In this document: positions 8,734 through 17,543 of the stretch, one piece after another | Layout of the letters: every line of letters starts with the position of its first letter | Numbering within the stretch: position 1 is the stretch's first letter | Position numbers and translations under genes: made by a program | The notes under the pieces: generated by a model | Told to the model about the DNA's origin: nothing | Seen by the model: the letters and a program-made list of their open reading frames with translations, nothing else | Database searches by the model: none | Virus record (IMG/VR): IMGVR_UViG_3300017448_000013 | Coordinates: 1 to 40,857 of that record | Strand: one strand, 5' to 3' | From: a virus | Taxonomy: Duplodnaviria > Caudoviricetes | DNA: 40,857 nt

Positions 8734-10977
8734 TTATAGATAAATGCCGCCATATGTCGTAGTGCCTGGCGAACTGCCAGGGAAATAATTGGCACCACGG
8801 CCCTGTACATAGATGACGCCGTTCAAGGATGCCGCATAGCGCGGACCAAGAGCGCCGGAGCCGCTCCACGTCCACGACCCATTAACGAGTGAAACCGTAC
8901 CGCCGAATTCGCAGACGACTGCCGCCGCTGACCATGTCGGACTATTGGCAGTCGAGGCGTTGCCATTCATGGCAAGCACTGCGCCGCTGACCCACCATAT
9001 CGCGTCTGCACTGGCACCGTATATGTTGCCAGGACCTGGAATGACCAAAGCGCCGCCGCCGCATTCGATCAGCGGTTGATTGGTCGGACCGGTCGAAGTA
9101 AAGGTGCAGTAGTTGATGCTGATAATGAGACCGCTTTCGACAAAGACGCCAGTTACGGTGCTGGTGATGTAAATGGTGAGGTATTGCAGAGTGACGTTGC
9201 CGCCGCCAATGTTGGCGACACCAACGCCTGCGTTGGCGTTGGTAATCGTAACATTCGCTTGATTCCCGGTGTCGCCCTGAATGATCAGAGCACCGGCCGA
9301 TGGCGCAGAGAAACTGGTCGGCATCACATAATTGATGCCAGTGGTAGCGAGCTGGAGAGTGACGGTGTTGCCGTTGAGATTATAAGTTGACAACGCGGTA
9401 ATGGCGTGAGCGATCGTCGCCCATGCCGTACCAGATGACAGACCATTGTTGCTATTGCTGCCAGTTGAGTTGTTGACATAGAATGTCGTGGCGGCAAAAA
9501 TTTGCGGTACCGTATTATTGACGACCTGGAATTGCGTGCCGTCATAAATCATCAACACGACTTCGCCGGCATTCAGCGCGCCTTGTAACAGAGCATTGCC
9601 GGCGCGATCAACGATATTGACAGCGGACAAGGCATTGACGGCGATCGTAGTGGCACCAGAATTAGTATTAGCAGCCTTGACTTCAACCGTAGTGCCGGCG
9701 CTCAGTGACGTAATAGCCGGCGTGAAGGAAGCGACGATCGCATTTACTGTACCGGTATCGGTCGCATACGGAATGCTGACAGTGCTGGTGCTGACCGTAC
9801 CTCCTGCGAAACCTTCAAAATTTGCGACTTGCCATGCTGAACCGTCGTAGCAGAGGTCGACGACCATGTTGGCAGCGATATCTCCGGGCGCCAGCCCGGC
9901 ACCAGTGGCGCGATGGACGGCAACAGCACCAAGACCATTCAAGTTGAATGTAGTCACAGCGGTATTGGTGCTAGATAGTTTCACCCGCACCGACATGCCG
10001 GGTACTAATGCCGCCGGCACCGGAGAAATAGTAGCGATGATAGTATTGAACGAAAACGCGATGGAATCTCCGCTGCCTACCGTCGCATTGGCATTAGCGC
10101 TCATCGTCACCGACGTTGAGGTGGTCGACAGTACGGTCTGGCTGCCAGTGATTGCAGTTGGCGTCGTGAGATCAAAAACGGTCATCCCTGCCGTCACCCA
10201 AGACGGCACCGAGGCGAAATGCAGTACGGCACTGGCGGTTCCCGTCGTAGCGTTGGTCTGAAACGGTGCGCCGCCGGTCGAGCTGTCGACCGCATAAATC
10301 CATGTACAATCTTGAACTGCTGCGGGAACGCTCGGTAGTGTTGGAAAAAACGGAGCTGAGGTCAACGTGACGATGTTGTCGGAGGTTACCGTTGTAGCGC
10401 CATTGGCAACCGTGATGGCATAGAGACCGGTGTAGCCGACATCAGCGGCCGGTGTCGTCTGCGTTCCTGTCGTTGCCGCCACACCGGCTTTGAGTGCCAC
10501 CGCACACTTGCAGGTACGTGTCGTAAATTGCGACTGCCCGCTGTTGAATGGTCCAGAAAATGGAGCTAAAGGATTGGCGGCATTAAAATAGGATAGAACT
10601 TGCGAGCCGGCATCAACATCATTAAGCGCCACCTGTACCAAGAAAACTTGGCTGAATCCGGTCGTGCCTGGTGGTGTGATGGTAAGAGTCTGCGTAGCGT
10701 AGTTGATGGCCTGTTTGACGACGGTATTGGCATCGACACCGAGATCGCCATAAGCGGTCGCGTCGACTTCATCGAGTTCATAGATAGAACCAGGAGAGAC
10801 AGTGACCTGTAATGAAGCCGGCGACGTCGGCAAACAGACAAGCCCATTAACTTCGACGTTAGAACCAAGGATGGCGCGGGCCAGGAAGGATTGGCCGATC
10901 ATGCCCATTTTATTGGTTTGCAAAATGTCTGTGGTCTGCGGAATGGCAGAATCATAGACAATGACGCGATCGACCAT
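8734..10977 (-). CDS. Main tail fibre protein (baseplate-anchored)
   Basis: Follows the wedge genes. MVDRVIVY N-terminus, two internal repeats (TNT...T..N.L..V......G..L..G.....V...YDG..[WF]QV), C-terminal FYVNNSTGSNSNNGLSSGTAWATI beta-helix-like domain. Confidence 0.85.
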   Translation of the reverse strand: MVDRVIVYDSAIPQTTDILQTNKMGMIGQSFLARAILGSNVEVNGLVCLPTSPASLQVTVSPGSIYELDEVDATAYGDLGVDANTVVKQAINYATQTLTITPPGTTGFSQVFLVQVALNDVDAGSQVLSYFNAANPLAPFSGPFNSGQSQFTTRTCKCAVALKAGVAATTGTQTTPAADVGYTGLYAITVANGATTVTSDNIVTLTSAPFFPTLPSVPAAVQDCTWIYAVDSSTGGAPFQTNATTGTASAVLHFASVPSWVTAGMTVFDLTTPTAITGSQTVLSTTSTSVTMSANANATVGSGDSIAFSFNTIIATISPVPAALVPGMSVRVKLSSTNTAVTTFNLNGLGAVAVHRATGAGLAPGDIAANMVVDLCYDGSAWQVANFEGFAGGTVSTSTVSIPYATDTGTVNAIVASFTPAITSLSAGTTVEVKAANTNSGATTIAVNALSAVNIVDRAGNALLQGALNAGEVVLMIYDGTQFQVVNNTVPQIFAATTFYVNNSTGSNSNNGLSSGTAWATIAHAITALSTYNLNGNTVTLQLATTGINYVMPTSFSAPSAGALIIQGDTGNQANVTITNANAGVGVANIGGGNVTLQYLTIYITSTVTGVFVESGLIISINYCTFTSTGPTNQPLIECGGGALVIPGPGNIYGASADAIWWVSGAVLAMNGNASTANSPTWSAAAVVCEFGGTVSLVNGSWTWSGSGALGPRYAASLNGVIYVQGRGANYFPGSSPGTTTYGGIYL

Positions 10978-11012
10978 GTCGAGCGTTCCTTCAGATCAAA
11001 AATGAAAATGAT

Positions 11013-11672
11013 TTAGTTGATCAACGTCCAGGCGGTTACGCCGGTCGGCTTCGTAGCCACAATGACATCAAGAATATCTTGATCGGTCACACCAGCCAGC
11101 TCAACACTGGCACCGGCATATTCGATGTTTGATGGTGTACCGTAACCGCCAGGATAATTACTGTAGCCGCCGACATTAGGTATGCCGGAATTCGGACCGC
11201 GCGTGACAGTAATGAATACCTGTCCCGGAAGCTGCATTGAACCCCAGCCGCCAGCCACGCCGTATCCAAATATATTGACGCCGTAGGCGCCGGCATCATT
11301 TGGATTCCACGGCTCGAAAATCTTCGGTGGTGTTCCTACAAGTTGCGCGATGGCATTGATCATGCCCTTGCGGGTGACGCGCTCCTGCAAAATCGTTGCC
11401 TTGATCTTCGCTCTAAAGACGCTGTCGTTGGCGTTTTTGCGAACCAAATAACGACTTAGAAAATCATAGGCGATCATATCAAGAAATGGACCGGTCGCCG
11501 TGGCAATACGCGCCTGCTTCTGCGCGTAGATGATCCAGCTATAACACCATGCCGCCCGATCGCTAAGTGCACCAATAATGGCATCACGATACGGCGCGAC
11601 ATAGGAAAACCAGAATGATGGTATCAGCTGTTTAACGCGCGACAGGATGTCCGCTGAATCTCCGATCGCCAT
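11013..11672 (-). CDS. Baseplate wedge subunit (gpI/gp7-like)
   Basis: Downstream of baseplate J. TATGPFLDMIAYDF and D..FRAKI motifs, C-terminal KPTG. Confidence 0.8.
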   Translation of the reverse strand: MAIGDSADILSRVKQLIPSFWFSYVAPYRDAIIGALSDRAAWCYSWIIYAQKQARIATATGPFLDMIAYDFLSRYLVRKNANDSVFRAKIKATILQERVTRKGMINAIAQLVGTPPKIFEPWNPNDAGAYGVNIFGYGVAGGWGSMQLPGQVFITVTRGPNSGIPNVGGYSNYPGGYGTPSNIEYAGASVELAGVTDQDILDVIVATKPTGVTAWTLIN

Positions 11673-11676
11673 GACA

Positions 11677-12885
11677 CTAGCTCACAATAACGGAGGAGCA
11701 TTTAATGGTAGCGAACGCGATTGTTGCATTGCCGTCCAAAGTCTGCTTTGTCGCTAACAACGTGGCGGCATCGCCATAGATACCATTAAGCAGAACTGCA
11801 CTAACTCCGGTCACGCCGGCCACTGAATAAGCCCATGACGAAATAATGGTATAAGGCAGCGAATTTCCTAAACCCAGACTATTGATGTTTGTGGCTATGG
11901 TGGCCGCAACCTGCGAAACTACAGTTGAATGATCGTAGCCTTGTGCCGTCGTAATTTGCAGCGATGGTATCGCAAAAATCACATTCGGCGGAAAGACCGC
12001 GCAATCTATCCCGAGCGGCCGTACCGCTTGCGCTGCATTGGTGATCAGATTGAGAAAAGTCTGGGTCGGGGCACCGCTGCCATCGTCGGCGACAACAAAG
12101 AAGTATCCAGGATGATAGCTACCATCCAGATTATAGCCCTCGGTAAGCGTCCACTGCACATTTGGCTCAGCACCGAGAATTGAAGCGGTCAGACCATAAA
12201 TGTCGCCACGTGATAGACCGAGGATATAAGCGGCGAAACGTTTCTTCAGCGCGCCATCACTCTCGAAGTTGGCGCCGTTTGTGAACGCTGCGTTGTTGAT
12301 GACGTTGTCTATGCCGGTTAGCGCTGAAGTGATAACGCTGATCGAACCAGCAGAAACATTCCCTCCGGCTCCAGGAACAACCGCCGCAACCGGGACAATC
12401 AGCGTACCGATACTAGCCGGCATCGTATAGCCGTTGTTACCGGCGGAATATGTAGCGTAGGTCGGGTCTGCTGTAACCTTGAAGCTTTGCGAGCCATCAT
12501 TGGTCTGCATCGTCGATCCGACCGGGACGAAGCAGCTCGACGGACCGGCCGTGAGACGCGAGAACGTGACCTGTCCGCTGGCTGCTTGAGCACCAAGCCG
12601 CGGCGAACCGCCAGGCAGCGCCGTGGTCTGGCTGCCGGACAGTACCGGCATGAAATCCGCCGTGAAGGTATCGACGTCCGGACCTTGGGCCGTCGATAGC
12701 CGCATTGCCGACAGCAGTTGCAGGACCAAAGTCTGGAACCAGAGAAACAGTCCGCCGAAACCTTCAACAATAGCTCGAAGGGTTGAGCCGGTGGAGAAGT
12801 TGATGAGTTTGGCGGCTCGTCCCTGGATTCCCGCTATCGTGTTTTGTACAATGACGGAAAAGGATTGCGTTGGTAACGTCGCCAT
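11677..12885 (-). CDS. Baseplate J-like wedge protein
   Basis: GSTLRAIVE, LSTAQG.DVD, A.G.VTF, PGAGGNV, FTNG...ESD..LKKR and VRPLG motifs. ATG at 12885. Confidence 0.92.
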   Translation of the reverse strand: MATLPTQSFSVIVQNTIAGIQGRAAKLINFSTGSTLRAIVEGFGGLFLWFQTLVLQLLSAMRLSTAQGPDVDTFTADFMPVLSGSQTTALPGGSPRLGAQAASGQVTFSRLTAGPSSCFVPVGSTMQTNDGSQSFKVTADPTYATYSAGNNGYTMPASIGTLIVPVAAVVPGAGGNVSAGSISVITSALTGIDNVINNAAFTNGANFESDGALKKRFAAYILGLSRGDIYGLTASILGAEPNVQWTLTEGYNLDGSYHPGYFFVVADDGSGAPTQTFLNLITNAAQAVRPLGIDCAVFPPNVIFAIPSLQITTAQGYDHSTVVSQVAATIATNINSLGLGNSLPYTIISSWAYSVAGVTGVSAVLLNGIYGDAATLLATKQTLDGNATIAFATIKCSSVIVS

Positions 12886-12894
12886 CTGCAATCC

Positions 12895-13263
12895 TTACGA
12901 AGTGATCGTGAATGATACCGACGTGCCGGTCTTGGCATCCCAATAGACGATTCCAATACCGATGTTGCTCGGATTGTTCGGTGATGCGGCGACCGTGATC
13001 TGTGCCGGCGGATTAGGTGCTACCGACGCCTCAAGCACGAGCTGTGCCGCTACGATCGATTTGATTTGCTGGACCGAGAACAGGGTGCCGATCTTCTGTG
13101 GCAGTCCAGCACCGTACGACGGATGCCAGACATAACCTTGAGCAGCGGTGAATAATCTGCGCTCCAGACGTTGACGGACTTCATCATCACCATCGACGAC
13201 ATAGAGATCGCCGGTGGCGTCCGCCATGAAATCCGAAGTCCACTCCAATGAAACATCGGCCAT
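12895..13263 (-). CDS. Baseplate wedge/sheath initiator (gp25/gpW-like)
   Basis: Between spike and J. GDL..VDG...V.QRL.RRL.T..G.Y.WHP.YGAGL motif. Confidence 0.85.
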   Translation of the reverse strand: MADVSLEWTSDFMADATGDLYVVDGDDEVRQRLERRLFTAAQGYVWHPSYGAGLPQKIGTLFSVQQIKSIVAAQLVLEASVAPNPPAQITVAASPNNPSNIGIGIVYWDAKTGTSVSFTITS

Positions 13264-13269
13264 TGGAGT

Positions 13270-14511
13270 TTACCCGGTCTTGATTTGAGATTTGATCTCC
13301 GCAAGTTCATTGCGGACCTCGACAACGAATTCTTGAAATGCCGCCAGAAGCCGAACGTTGATGCTGCCTTCACTGACGGTCAAGAATTCCTTGCTCTCGT
13401 CACCATTAACGTCCTCTGGAAATATTTCGCGGATATCCTGCGCGATGTAGCCCACAGACGGCTGCGGTGGATCGGAATGGATCGACTGCTTGCCGTCATC
13501 GTCGGTCGCTACGTTTCGCTTGAGAAAGGTCTTAGGCTCAAGTGCCATGACCTTGTCGAGCATGGACTCAAGTTTGGCGATCTCAGTCTTTAAGCGCGCG
13601 TCCGAGGACGTGTCGTATGTCGCCGCCGTGACGATCTGCGATACGTTCAGATTTTGTCCCACCGACAGGTTTTGCGTAAACGTGCCGCTGCCGATGTGAG
13701 GAATACTTGGCGCCTGCGATGTAACTTTGGCACCGGAGATATGCGTGACGCCGTTCTGATCCCAGGTCGTGGTGTGCTGATCATTGAAGGCGCTGGTCTT
13801 GACGCCCTTGTTCTTATCCAGCTTGTGATAATGGATAGGCGTCGCGCTGCTACTACTGCCTTGCTGACCAGACAAAGAGTCAAAAGGCGAACTATCTCTT
13901 TGCTGGATAATCTGAGTGGTATGCGTGCCTATTGCATTATGGGTAGTATTGCCCTTGCCATCAAAAAAATGGGCCGCGCCGGCACCATCTTCACTATAAA
14001 GTCCACCATCGTTCTTGAAAAATATCTTCTGGCCGGTATTATTCTTCTGTCCACTCTGAGCGCTATCAGGTCCAGCATCACTATCTTGCTGGAAAATAGT
14101 CCACATGGCGAGTTCGCCGGACTGCACTTGCAGCGGCGAATCTTGCGTACTGTGTACTCGGCCGGTTATTTTTCCGCCAGCGGCATCGTCTTCTTGATAA
14201 CTGACGATAACTTGATCGCCCATCGTTTCCGACGACGATTGTGGTGAGCCGCCAGCATTCCCTACCGACGCATTGTTAGGTACTTGCGAGCCTCCATTAC
14301 CGGGCTGCAAACCGATGGCGATTCCGTAGGTTTTTCCTATGTGGCTCGTGTGTATGGTAAGCCATCCGCTCTCATAGCCCCAAGGTTGGAATGCTACTTT
14401 GGCAAGATGATTTTTCGGATCGTAGCTTGTTACCAAGCCGTGCATTTCGCTGGCACGATAGGTCGTAAGATTACGATCGTGACGCCTTGCAACATCGAAA
14501 ATGGAGGCCAT
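13270..14511 (-). CDS. Baseplate central spike (gpV/gp5 OB-fold) with C-terminal Peptidase S74-like intramolecular chaperone
   Basis: N-terminal GLVTSYDP...AKV......ESGWL and GDQVIV.Y OB-fold. C-terminal SDARLK...GYIAQDI.EIFPE.V...LLAAFQE coiled coil. Confidence 0.85.
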   Translation of the reverse strand: MASIFDVARRHDRNLTTYRASEMHGLVTSYDPKNHLAKVAFQPWGYESGWLTIHTSHIGKTYGIAIGLQPGNGGSQVPNNASVGNAGGSPQSSSETMGDQVIVSYQEDDAAGGKITGRVHSTQDSPLQVQSGELAMWTIFQQDSDAGPDSAQSGQKNNTGQKIFFKNDGGLYSEDGAGAAHFFDGKGNTTHNAIGTHTTQIIQQRDSSPFDSLSGQQGSSSSATPIHYHKLDKNKGVKTSAFNDQHTTTWDQNGVTHISGAKVTSQAPSIPHIGSGTFTQNLSVGQNLNVSQIVTAATYDTSSDARLKTEIAKLESMLDKVMALEPKTFLKRNVATDDDGKQSIHSDPPQPSVGYIAQDIREIFPEDVNGDESKEFLTVSEGSINVRLLAAFQEFVVEVRNELAEIKSQIKTG

Positions 14512-15501
14512 TTACCCGCCACCTCCACTAGAGCCCATCGACTTGGCGGTAATTGAAATCGTGTATCCGGACATGCCGAACTCGTGGACGATGTTGTCAA
14601 TCTCATAGATGTTATCAGCCACGCCAGTGCCTACGAGTTGCAGTCCCATTCCAGCATTGATGCTTGGATCACCAACAACGGTAGCCACCACATTCCATTC
14701 ATGACGGCTCATTTCAGCGGACCGCGCTTTGGCGTGCTGTTGGGCGTGCGCCTGATCGAGATTAGGAACGTGATAGGTCGAATTGCCCTTTCCTGGGCCG
14801 GAAGCATTGGACGTGCCAGTATACGTTTTTTTGTCTCGCGGATTCCAACTCTTAACGTTGACCGATCCGCCTATTTGCACATTGTGACGGACATTCAATC
14901 GCGTCGCGTCAGACACAATTGGTGGACCCGGATCATAATTGATCGTGTAAACGCCCTGGATAGTACCAAGCGTAGCATAGTTGAAGATACCGTTATTGAC
15001 CCACCACTTGGCACCATCAAATTCGGCAAGTTCATTGATCAGATAGCTGATCGGAATGTTGTCGGCCAGCTTGACGAAATCCTGCTGTACCTTTTTGCCA
15101 GCCATCAATCCGATTGAATTGGTACTAGCTCCCAGTCCGGCCATGCCGACAACTTGCTGCACGATCTGCGAACCGGGGACATTCTGCCATTTCTGGCTGA
15201 TTTTCGTCTGGTGTAATTGCCCAGATAAGTCGCGTCCGGTGACACGGATATAGGTACCGATAAAATCGATGTCGACGGTATCCAGCATGCCGGATATCAG
15301 CTCACCGGCGCCGGCAACACATGAAACAAAGATAGACGCCGAGCCACCACCAAGCAAGCTCTCGGCACCGGGATAATTTTTCGGAACAGCGGCAGAGAAA
15401 GTCGAGGATTTCTTGTTACAGTTCTGCGTTACGCTGCCATGTTCAATCGGGATGCCGTTAATGAATGCGGTATGGGGAGCTACCCCTGTATTGATCGCCA
15501 C
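14512..15501 (-). CDS. Baseplate hub protein (gpD/gp27-like)
   Basis: SG.LD......G..IRVTGRD, LAE..G...W, V.SWNP, GDP.I..G and Y.I..I.H.F...GY motifs. Upstream of the spike. GTG start with GAGGTG RBS. Confidence 0.85.
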   Translation of the reverse strand: MAINTGVAPHTAFINGIPIEHGSVTQNCNKKSSTFSAAVPKNYPGAESLLGGGSASIFVSCVAGAGELISGMLDTVDIDFIGTYIRVTGRDLSGQLHQTKISQKWQNVPGSQIVQQVVGMAGLGASTNSIGLMAGKKVQQDFVKLADNIPISYLINELAEFDGAKWWVNNGIFNYATLGTIQGVYTINYDPGPPIVSDATRLNVRHNVQIGGSVNVKSWNPRDKKTYTGTSNASGPGKGNSTYHVPNLDQAHAQQHAKARSAEMSRHEWNVVATVVGDPSINAGMGLQLVGTGVADNIYEIDNIVHEFGMSGYTISITAKSMGSSGGGG

Positions 15502-15521
15502 GATTCACCTCACATGACGAC

Positions 15522-16379
15522 CTAATAAGTAGCGCACTCATCCCACTGCACCTCCACCGAGAACGTCCAGGTGCCGGTTGCAGGAACGGTAGCCTCGATC
15601 ACGATGCCTTCATTTTGTTGAAGGATGATCGGTTGTTCATCGGGGCTCTGACGCTCAAAAAGAAAGACCGAAGCCAAAACATCATTGCCGGCCGTAGCAG
15701 GCACGCTTGCTGTCTTTGAACCCAATGCCACGCTATCGAGCGTTCGCGTTCCAGCAGTCAGAGTCCCGGTCGATGAAATACGAAGATCGCTTAGATTGCT
15801 GGTCTCATAACCGGTACGGAGTTTTCCATTGTTGCCGGTGAGGGTAACTGCGGTGCCGCCGCTATCGTTGGCAGTGAATGATCGTGCGGCGAAAAGTTGG
15901 AAGGTGCAGACGCCGGCCGTAAATGCGGTCGAGGTATTTCCGGCGGATAGAATGACCTTACGCACCAAGGCATAGCCGGTACCGCCATATCGCAATGAGA
16001 AGATAGGAGAGCCTGACACCAAACCGGCAGCCATGACGCCGGATGTAGGCGCCATGCGATAGGCGCCGAGCAAGGGTGGCGCCATTGTCACCGGGGCCGA
16101 ACCGCCCGGAATGGCAGAGCCAAGCGCCAGGCCGGAAATGCTTCCGGAAATCATCTTGACGAGGCCGCGAAGGTAACCCTGCACGGTGCCATTTATATCA
16201 CTGGTGATGGCAGTGCCGACCGTAGTGCCGAGAATTTCGTTCTGCGTTGAATCAACCAGCACGCTTACGGTGCTAAAAGGTCCGGTCCCGACGCCGCTGA
16301 AATCATTGAGATCGACGCCGCCATTGATGGTATTGCCGGCGCCGTCTTGCGCGGCCTTGGGCGTCAGTGTCAGCGTCAT
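15522..16379 (-). CDS. Hypothetical virion structural protein inserted in baseplate cluster
   Basis: 285 aa Gly/Thr/Ser-rich ORF. C-terminal PIILQQNEGIVI...SVEVQWDE beta-sandwich-like segment. Confidence 0.65.
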   Translation of the reverse strand: MTLTLTPKAAQDGAGNTINGGVDLNDFSGVGTGPFSTVSVLVDSTQNEILGTTVGTAITSDINGTVQGYLRGLVKMISGSISGLALGSAIPGGSAPVTMAPPLLGAYRMAPTSGVMAAGLVSGSPIFSLRYGGTGYALVRKVILSAGNTSTAFTAGVCTFQLFAARSFTANDSGGTAVTLTGNNGKLRTGYETSNLSDLRISSTGTLTAGTRTLDSVALGSKTASVPATAGNDVLASVFLFERQSPDEQPIILQQNEGIVIEATVPATGTWTFSVEVQWDECATY

Positions 16380-16391
16380 GATGATTTTCTC

Positions 16392-16718
16392 TTAGAGGCC
16401 TAACAGATTGCGGAAATCGCCGAGATTATAGAGTTGCCATTTGTAGGCACTCGACGGACCCGGCTGTACCGCGGTGGCGCCGCCGGGCATGACGAGCAAC
16501 AAGCCGGTCTCCGCTCCAGACGCAAATGTCGAAAATACAGGCGGTATCTCGATATCTTCTTGGCCGGTGATCCATGGATCGATCATTCCGTTGAGTTGTG
16601 CAATTGCCGCCCATTGCAACGGGTCGCCCTGTTGTTCCATCGCGATACGAAACAATGTCGTGAACGATGTTCGGACCGTCCTGGCGGGAATCGTTGCAGC
16701 AACGTATGCTGTGGCCAT
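16392..16718 (-). CDS. LysM-like baseplate protein (gpX-like)
   Basis: TLFRIA...GDPLQW..IAQLNG..DP......IEIP LysM-like motif in the canonical position. Confidence 0.8.
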   Translation of the reverse strand: MATAYVAATIPARTVRTSFTTLFRIAMEQQGDPLQWAAIAQLNGMIDPWITGQEDIEIPPVFSTFASGAETGLLLVMPGGATAVQPGPSSAYKWQLYNLGDFRNLLGL

Positions 16719-16720
16719 GC

Positions 16721-17035
16721 CTACACCAACTGATCGATATTTGTGTCGGCGCGGCCGACATAGCCCGCTATGTTGCAGAGTGTGTTTTGATCTTCGGAGT
16801 TAACTACAAGACCGAGAAATCCGGTGACGATCGCCGCCGGATCGGTCGTGGCGTTCCAGGTGTCGAGTACACCGGCAGCATTGGTCAGCGCCGTATTGGC
16901 ATCGCTCAAGAACTGCGCCGTGTTCAATTGTAGCGCAACGATGGCGGGACCGCTCGCCGATGATAGTGGCGTGGCAGCAGCCAACTGTGCCTGTAGTGCG
17001 GTCAGCTCGCTCTTGATGTTAGCGGGGATGCTCAT
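16721..17035 (-). CDS. Hypothetical tail/baseplate protein
   Basis: Start at ATG 17035 overlapping the upstream stop (ATGA); MSIPANIKSEL..., helical. The ORF track's 5' extension overlaps the previous gene and is unlikely. Confidence 0.7.
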   Translation of the reverse strand: MSIPANIKSELTALQAQLAAATPLSSASGPAIVALQLNTAQFLSDANTALTNAAGVLDTWNATTDPAAIVTGFLGLVVNSEDQNTLCNIAGYVGRADTNIDQLV

Positions 17036-17472
17036 AGCAATGACGCCGCGAAACCGAGATCGCCGGAAATGAGAGTATCGACAATCGATGCGCCTTGAAC
17101 CAATGATCCAAGCATCGGATTCTGATAAACTGTACAGGTGATATCGTACTCGACCCAAACTGGTAATCGACGAACGCGATAGATGAAATGCTTGACGATG
17201 ACGCTGCGGAACTGACCACCCCAGGTCAGGGAGACAACTTGCCCAGATGCACGCATGGCATCGAGTGCCAATGCATTGCTATAGGCGTCATTACCAAAGA
17301 ACTTGCCGCTCCAATGAACGTCGTCTTCGTCCGGACCAAGGGTATCGATGACGCGGCTGCCACCTGGCAACTTATGAATCACCATGGCTTGTTGGCCGCC
17401 CCCCATCATCGAATCAGGAGGCGAATATCCGGTGAAGGCGATACCGCCGAGGATCAAAACATCATCAGACAT
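17032..17472 (-). CDS. Tail tube initiator (gpU/DNA-circularisation N-terminal-like)
   Basis: LGGI.F..Y.PP....GG.Q..V.H.LPGG.RVID.LGP and LDAMR.SG..V.LTW motifs. GAGG RBS. Confidence 0.8.
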   Translation of the reverse strand: MSDDVLILGGIAFTGYSPPDSMMGGGQQAMVIHKLPGGSRVIDTLGPDEDDVHWSGKFFGNDAYSNALALDAMRASGQVVSLTWGGQFRSVIVKHFIYRVRRLPVWVEYDITCTVYQNPMLGSLVQGASIVDTLISGDLGFAASLL

Positions 17473-17543
17473 TTTGACCTCTTATTGACAAATCAGACGA
17501 GAGGACACACAGCCCCCAGTATTTCTCGGCTTGGACCGAGTGA

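Noticed and set aside
1236-10977. Diversity-generating retroelement or invertible fibre cassette
   Set aside because: No reverse transcriptase or invertase, and I saw no near-identical nucleotide repeat pair. Similarities are at protein level only.
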